Program-made: the position numbers and the translations under genes
From: Botryllus schlosseri
Taxonomy: Eukaryota
Direction of reading: 5' to 3'
Assembly: GCA_051294905.1 (NCBI GenBank)
Contig: CM119371.1
Coordinates: forward strand, 9,736,001-9,800,000
Length of the DNA stretch: 64,000 nt
Notes under the pieces: model-generated
Told to the model about the DNA's origin: nothing
Databases searched by the model: none
The model's input: the letters and a program-made list of their open reading frames with translations, nothing else
Part shown: positions 57,380 through 64,000 of the stretch, in pieces
Numbering within the stretch: the first letter of the stretch is position 1
Layout: every line of letters begins with the position of its first letter

Positions 57380-59078
57380 CGCCAATTTTCCGATGTTATG
57401 ATGCATCCTTTTACATGATGTCTATAACTCATTAATTAGAAAAATTATGCCTGCACAAAAACAATTTTTTTTCAAATATTTGAAAACGTGATTTTTTTCG
57501 TGTCAAGCGTGAATAGACGCCTATAATAGTAAATTTGTTTGTGGAGTGCCTGTCGGCAAGGTCCCGTCATATAAGGCCTACTTTGAAATTATATATTGAA
57601 TATACCTATTATTGATGCTGCGGCCCGCGACTTCATCAAAATGTAGGAAATTTGCCTGCAAGCACATTTGAGTTTGAGACCTCTGGTCCAAATGTGACAA
57701 TTTGTAATCCCCTTATTTTTTTGCGAGCAAAAGAGCCACCATGATGATTGATATTTCTACATGAATGAGATGAAAGATTGGAACAAAAACAAGAAGTCAT
57801 AGCACTTCCTCAACATTGAATCTGCTTTACAGACAATTACCCACCCCCCTGAAATTCCAGTTCCAGCTTTACGTCCCAGCACCTTCGATTTACCTTAAAA
57901 CGTTCTCACCTACCATAATGAATTTTGTTTTGTTGTCCAGTGTTATGTTCGATATGGAACTGGCCAGTGGCACCTGACCAAAGTGTAATGTAGTCCGCAT
58001 TCGAAATATACCATCTTGCTCTTGATTAATGACTTTTTTGCATGGGACTGCTTCTTTTTTTTTTTGGGGGGGGGGGGGATTTTGGTTAGGGAGCCTCTAG
58101 TTTAAGCTGTAATAGACGCTGTACTTGATAAACTTGTAAATTTTGTCGCTTGTCACATATACGCTTAAACCGTTGTTGCAGAAAATTGACACAGTCTCAA
58201 TGAAAATGAAGTTTCTCGCATACCCCAAATTAAGAACCCATACTATATAGCCATGTATAGTGTTAATATGAATTTACTTCTGTGGGTAGAAGTGAAGGAA
58301 TGCTAATATAACACAAAGATGTTATCCGCAACGCAGCATTAGTCTGACATAACTTGAGAATGATTATTCAGATTACCGGCGATGGCTATGTAGAATTGAG
58401 GTAGTAAAACAGTTTTAAAGCTAGTAACTTTGTCACATCTCTATCAATATTTAGCAAATTCGGGAAGGTATATGAAAATCTATTGCAGTGTGGACGCTAT
58501 ACTACCTTAGGTTTACTTAATACGGATATTGCGAGCCCTCGGTTCACATTCACGTTCGCATGGGAACCGTGATAATCAAAATTGGTCTAATGCAGGGCTT
58601 TTCAACCTGTGTGACGGTTAGCAATTGTGCGAATGAAAAAAATTACAGTGCGAATGACGAGCATGGTGCGAACGGTGTGAATGAAAATCCCGGATGAGTG
58701 CGAATGGAAATCGTGAATAATAATTATTAATTTTTTTAGCCTGGAATAATTCAAATAAACCTTACAGGTAGAGCAGTGTAACTTTTGTTGTTGCGACGCA
58801 ATTGTAAAAAATTGTTTAACTTACGACGCACCACTAGTCGTAGCTCTCACAAGCAGTAGTGAATTAATATTTTCGCACTCTAATTATTACGTAACCAAAG
58901 GCCTGGTTTGGAGGCTGTCTGAGCCTGCGGCAGGCTGGGAAACTGACGTTAAATTGACTTTCTGCTTACTTACGTAAACAATCATCATAATTTCGTATTA
59001 CCTGTTCGATTAGTGCGAGGCACGAGGATAATTGTAAATACCGTCATCACAGACTCCCATTTGCAGGTTACTGTAACG

Positions 59079-60585
59079 TAGGGTTACCATATTTTTGTGA
59101 AGCGAATTCCGGACACTCTTTAGCGCCCACTAGCGGATTTAAAAATGAGTTGACGCATTGAGTGTCAATATGACGTCACACTAGCAAAGCATTGCCCATC
59201 GACTGTATACAGCAGTGGTAATGTTACGCGAAGGTCTTCGAGGTGGTAGGCGAGTTGATTTTGTTTTTTTCGACCGAAGGGTGTTATTAGTTCAGGTGGG
59301 GTTGATTTTGAGTTTTTGAAGCCGCCGTCGTTTGGGTAAGGTCGTCGTCGTTGGTAGGGGCTATCCCGCCAGTGACGGCCTACGGCGAAGAGATCTAGTC
59401 GTAAAGCATTGGGTTTCTTACCTAACCAAATTTCGTTTTAGTATCTTTGGCCCCAAGAATTTCAAATGGTCCCACTACAGAAATCATCTACTGCCCCTTA
59501 AAATGCACCTCAACACGGTGGAAACATTTTACCGCATTCGGCGCGCTTATCTTATGTAGGTGGTACGCGAGCACTGCATAAAAACTAGAAATGGTACTTG
59601 GGTGAAAAAAGGTTGGGAACCACGAACCACTGGTATACGAGGAATGGAGTGGAACATAGGTCATGAATTGGGCCAGGGCTCTGGTGATTGCTACTTGCTA
59701 TAGGGTCTGCAATAGATTTCTCCACGGTCCGGATAAAATTGTCTGGCGGGCCGTGTCTGGCCTTTCGGGATTGTGTTTGACAGCCCTGCTATACTGTTTG
59801 GTCGGTGCGGCTATCTGGTTATGTGTTTTAATCAGGTCCGAAAAAAACACTGATCTTGGGCCCCACACAGGGTAGTCGATGTAACTTCTTGGGCACTTAC
59901 AATATGCATTTGGCTGGTAAATTTTTTGAATGACTTCCTTCAATATTATTGATTATTCCATATATTAGTCTACTATAAAATGCACTAGCAGGTAGCACAT
60001 CCGGTGATTTACAACTTTTTATGGTCGCGACCTCATTTCCAACTTCAAAATGTTCCGTGGCCCAGCTCCAAACTTGACAAGCCGATTACTAAAAACAAAT
60101 CAGCTTGCCCAAACTTACGGCATAGGAAGCTGATTATACGTCTAACATCATCGTGATCCCCAGATAAAGGAAAACGATTTCAAGATTCGGAACCACTGCC
60201 TGTGACTGAAGCATCCAATCGGCCTTAACCCACTCTAGTAATTTACCGTTAGCTTATAATTGCGATTACAATTAGACTTATTTCAGTATAGGATGGTCAT
60301 TTATATTTATTTTCATTGCTAATTTGTCGAGGGTGCTGCCTGATTTCCATACTAAAATCAATATACGTTGCATGAACTAGCGCGCTGCGCGAAGAAAAAA
60401 ATTTGAATAGCATAAATCTACTTGAAAATAATATAGTTTATGTTGATTTACGAATAAATTTCAAGCCTACCTCAAGCCTTCAAAATTCCGGACATTTAGG
60501 CATATTTTAAAAATTCCTCCCGGACGCAGATTTTTCAGTGAAATTCCGGACATTTCCGGGAAATTCCGGACGTATGGCAACCCTA
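59079..60585. mobile_element. Nested hAT MITE (contains a further MITE at 59213-59632)
   Basis: TAGGGTTACCATA..TATGGCAACCCTA; perfect TSD CTGTAACG. Confidence 0.9.
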
Positions 60586-61287
60586 CTGTAACGCAAATTT
60601 TACCCCTTCAATGGTTATTGAATTATGGACTGCAAAAGGTATAATTTTGGGTCGACATAGTGCCAGAGTTATTTGTTAATATGTATGTAATATTTGTTGA
60701 ATTTATTGCAAAAATTCTGCTATAGTTTTTACAAATCTAAGGTCACGGTGTTGGGTACTGGAGCGAATAAGCGAGACACGCAGAAAATATGGCTTTATCA
60801 TGATAATTCAGGATAAGATTTGCCCGACTGGTTTTTCCGGAAAACATTGTCGAAGACAGTTGGGATGAACTACTGTAGGGACTAGGGATGTGCAACGAGC
60901 GAGTTCAGGTCTATGAAACTTATTCATTTCGAGGTCAACCCCTTCTGCGTCGGGTCACAGGAAGACGGAAAGTTTAGATCAACAAACCACTGATAAAATG
61001 CAATGCCAAAACATAAGCGTCGACAAACCCCTGGCCACAAAATGACCGATACTGGATGGCCAAACCATTCGATATGGATATGCTCCATTGACGGCACGGA
61101 ATCGTCCCGTTCTTGCAATCTAATTAGACCAGGGGTGTCAAACTCAACTAGCGTCGCGGGCCGGATTCAACACTTCAGATCGCTCGCGGGCCGCACCCAA
61201 ATTCCCCATTCCCAAAATACCTCAAAAATTCATGTCTTATTTTTCATTTTCATACTCCATTAACCAGCATATATACACAGTATAGTG

Positions 61288-62633
61288 CAGTGGTTCTCAA
61301 CCTTTTTTGACACGCGCCCCCCTTGGAGATGGTCAAAAAAATCGCGCCCCCCTGACCCCCATTGCATTTATCGTCATGTCAAAAAGAGCGCATCATCTAA
61401 TGCAGAGGTGGGCAACGTTTTTGATAATCATGGCCGCATTTCGATTGCTTATGTAGCGTAAGGCCGCATTCCAGGGCATAGCCGCAATGAACGATCTGGA
61501 CGCAAAATACCTATGGTAAACTGTCCATATCCATTCCCGGTGAACTCCGGACTTCTACTTTTCACAATGGCCTATTGTACGCGCCGAAATCGCGAGTGGT
61601 AATGTTATGAATAGTTGCCGGGAGGTGCACATTGTTGCGCGGAGCGCGAAAATTTTTCAGGGCCGCGAACGAATTGCTATTTCTAGCCAATTCCCATTCC
61701 GGCTCAGATTGAGAAGGGAGCTACTGCATTAAAATTGAAAAATGAAGTCTTGTTGAATTGCGCAGAGGGCGAAGAAAATTTCAAGACTAATTAAAATCTC
61801 TCGAAAATGCGGGAGTGAATTCGTAATTGCAATTTGCATGTCTACGGCCGCCAACACATACTAATTGAATGAGGCGTCGACGGCCGCTCCAATTCCCTTC
61901 TACGGCCGCAGGCTGCCCACCCCTGATCTAATAGTATACATAAGGTCTATCTTACGCCAATTTTGAATCTACATTCCAGTTGTTGAGTCTTTTACATTGC
62001 TGACAAATTTCTCCAAACTTGTTTGAAAATAACAAAAAAACATTGAACAAGACATCCATTAATTAATTTCAAGGTAGGTCACCCTGAGACTAATCCTGAT
62101 GCTGGTAGTGAGTACAGAGAGCAAGGCGTCGTTCTGTCCTGCCAGGCTAAATTTGATAAGTTTTGGAAATTAATTAAATTGTGTTGATTTATAGCCTAAT
62201 TGAGGGCGAAACCGGGCAACCTATGTTGCATCTAAGTCTGTCTTAGGCAGTGCAGTTCGCAAGCTACTGACAAGAGCTGCCCGGCGCCACAAGCTTTAGG
62301 CTACTGTCAAAGCTATGAAGCAATGAATGACTTACACGTGGGAATTGCTCTAAATTTACAAAGAATTTCAAAAATTTGCTCAAATGAAGTTGAAATCAGA
62401 CTATACTCCGTTGAGCGCGGTTGCTATAGAGTTTGTATTTTGCAAACTTTCTTGAATATGGAATAAATTTCATCTTCATTAATCGTCTTCTCATAATGGA
62501 TGTGAAACACATGTTCAGACACGTACAATTTATACTGACTTTGTCAATTTCTCGCGCCCCCCCTATACTGACTTCGTCAATTTTTTGCGCCCCCCCTGAG
62601 AGCCTCCCGTGCCCCCCAGGTTGAGAACCCCTG
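61288..62633. mobile_element. Nested hAT MITE (contains a further MITE at 61403-61925)
   Basis: CAGTGGTTCTCAACC..GGTTGAGAACCCCTG; perfect TSD GTATAGTG; inner TSD ATCTAATG/ATCTAATA. Confidence 0.9.
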
Positions 62634-62917
62634 GTATAGTGTGTTACATTACATGACGGATCATAGGGATTCTATTCTAGCTGCACCTTTTATTCGCAAA
62701 CGGTGGAATTGGCAATGATACCATAATTTGGCGGATGAATAAAGTTATAAGCCTATAATGCAGTGGCTCTAACGATGGTTCAAGTTGGCATATTTTTATG
62801 CTCCCTTCGTTTTAGTGATGTATTGGCATCAACCCTGCGAACGCGTTGTGAGGAATAGAAACGGGGACGTTGGAATTTCCTTCATTGTATTATATCGCGA
62901 TTCGAGTTTCTCTAGAG

Positions 62918-63160
62918 TAGTGGTTCTCAACCCTTCTTTAGACACGCCCGTTTATGATAGTGAAAAATTTCGCACCCCCCTTATCGTGATATCACAAAAT
63001 CCAACCGGGATGCCAGCAACCCCAACATATTGTTTGATGGCATGCAAGGTTATGACTGTTGGTAAGAGAATTAAACTATATTAAATTCGATCTATATATA
63101 GAGAAACACGCTTGAATTGGAGGTAAATCGAGTAGAGACTCCCCAGGTTGAGAACCACTG
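62918..63160. mobile_element. Nested hAT MITE
   Basis: TAGTGGTTCTCAACC..GGTTGAGAACCACTG; perfect TSD CTCTAGAG. Confidence 0.9.
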
Positions 63161-63782
63161 CTCTAGAGGCTGGAGACCTCTAATATATTTTCCATGTAAC
63201 CTATATATCAGAACAGACATCAGGACCTGGCCATCCAAGCACTGGTAGAAGCGTTTTCGTGAAATAGTTGAAATCAAAACGAGCGAAATTAGAAACCTTT
63301 TTATTGAGACACTAAATATCTTGAGATACATAGTAGCTAATTTGTTGCACATCTAAGCAAATAAATGTTGTATTTTCATCTTCTTTTTCTATAACAATTT
63401 TCGGTTAGTTTGTGCGAATGAAATTTATTTTACAAAAAAGTGCGAATGAAGCTCAAAAAGGTTGAAAAGCACTGGTCTAAGGCATATTGGAGAGATCACA
63501 CCTCAAAATGTCTTCAATCATTCTTACCGACTTCCCGAACATAAAACCAGCCCTCCTGTTCTATTATTGTCTGATGAATACTATCAATAAATATGGAAGT
63601 ATCCCTGAAGGAAGAGGAATTAAATTTATTTTCGTGTGAAACATCGAGGTGCTTCGACGGGACCGATTGATTATCGAGTCAGCACCACCATGTTGGAATC
63701 ATCACCACAATAGGTAGGTAGCGTCTTGTCATATTGATACTTCACGGAAACTAAAATGGTGGTTTACATGGAATTTACTCAC

Positions 63783-63885
63783 TCGTATTCTATAGGAGCT
63801 GCTTTCCTGGTTGTCATTTCTCGCAAAGATCAGTGTTGTCGATGGAGGAGTAGAACTACTGAAATATGTTGATCCGCATGGCAAG
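63783..63885 (-). CDS. Gene B inserted-module exon (LPCGSTYFSSSTPPSTTLIFARNDNQESSSYRIR)
   Basis: CTCCAG/GTGAGT; same size and phase as 13276-13378. Confidence 0.9.
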
Positions 63886-64000
63886 CTGGAGGTAAAGAGA
63901 TCGATTTTTCAAGATGCAACACTGTCAGTTCCAGTAATTTTTATAAACGTTTGGGACGTTATTAGTGATATATTCATGCACGGTGAATCAATCATGACAA

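Larger units (their letters stand above)
58593..63474. mobile_element. hAT MITE expanded to 4.9 kb by nested insertions
   Basis: CAGGGCTTTTCAACC..GGTTGAAAAGCACTG with GTGCGAAT subterminal repeats at both ends; TSD GTCTAATG/GTCTAAGG. Confidence 0.85.
48930..63885 (-). pseudogene. Gene B (3' part; 5' part lies beyond the window): tandem paralog of gene A with a 1-nt frameshift; possible pseudogene, null allele or assembly error
   Basis: Seven exons match gene A in sequence and intron positions: 63783-63885, 55199-55363, 53084-53216 (133 vs 134 nt), 52922-53016, 50944-51115, 49541-49626, 48930-49048. Five are identical in size; the last is 15 nt longer. Confidence 0.7.

Noticed and set aside
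56964..57432. ORFs with repeating ITENGHYREWTLPRM
   Set aside because: They are translations of the 16-bp DNA tandem unit.

Overview
AT-rich, intron-rich eukaryotic (animal) genomic DNA. The intelectin family, abundant hAT MITEs and Dong, Tx1 and Penelope retroelements suggest a marine invertebrate chordate such as an ascidian (inference). By splicing exons by hand I found two tandem minus-strand paralogs of an unusual intelectin-family gene. Gene A (37708 to 2246, at least 16 coding exons) encodes a short cytoplasmic tail, one transmembrane helix, the N-terminal half of an intelectin fibrinogen-like domain, an inserted ~280-aa module I cannot name, and the intelectin C-terminal half ending in LIFYR*. 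The insert is bounded by phase-1 introns. Gene B (its 5' part lies beyond 64000; last exon ends at 48930) has matching exon sizes but carries a 1-nt frameshift. The remainder is mostly transposon-derived. It includes a nest of an R4/Dong element inside the (TAA)n tail of an RNase-H LINE inside a hAT MITE, a Tx1/L1 LINE, a Penelope remnant with a minimal hammerhead ribozyme, deleted hAT elements, and about 20 MITEs, many nested and many with identifiable target-site duplications. No rRNA, tRNA or CRISPR was seen.
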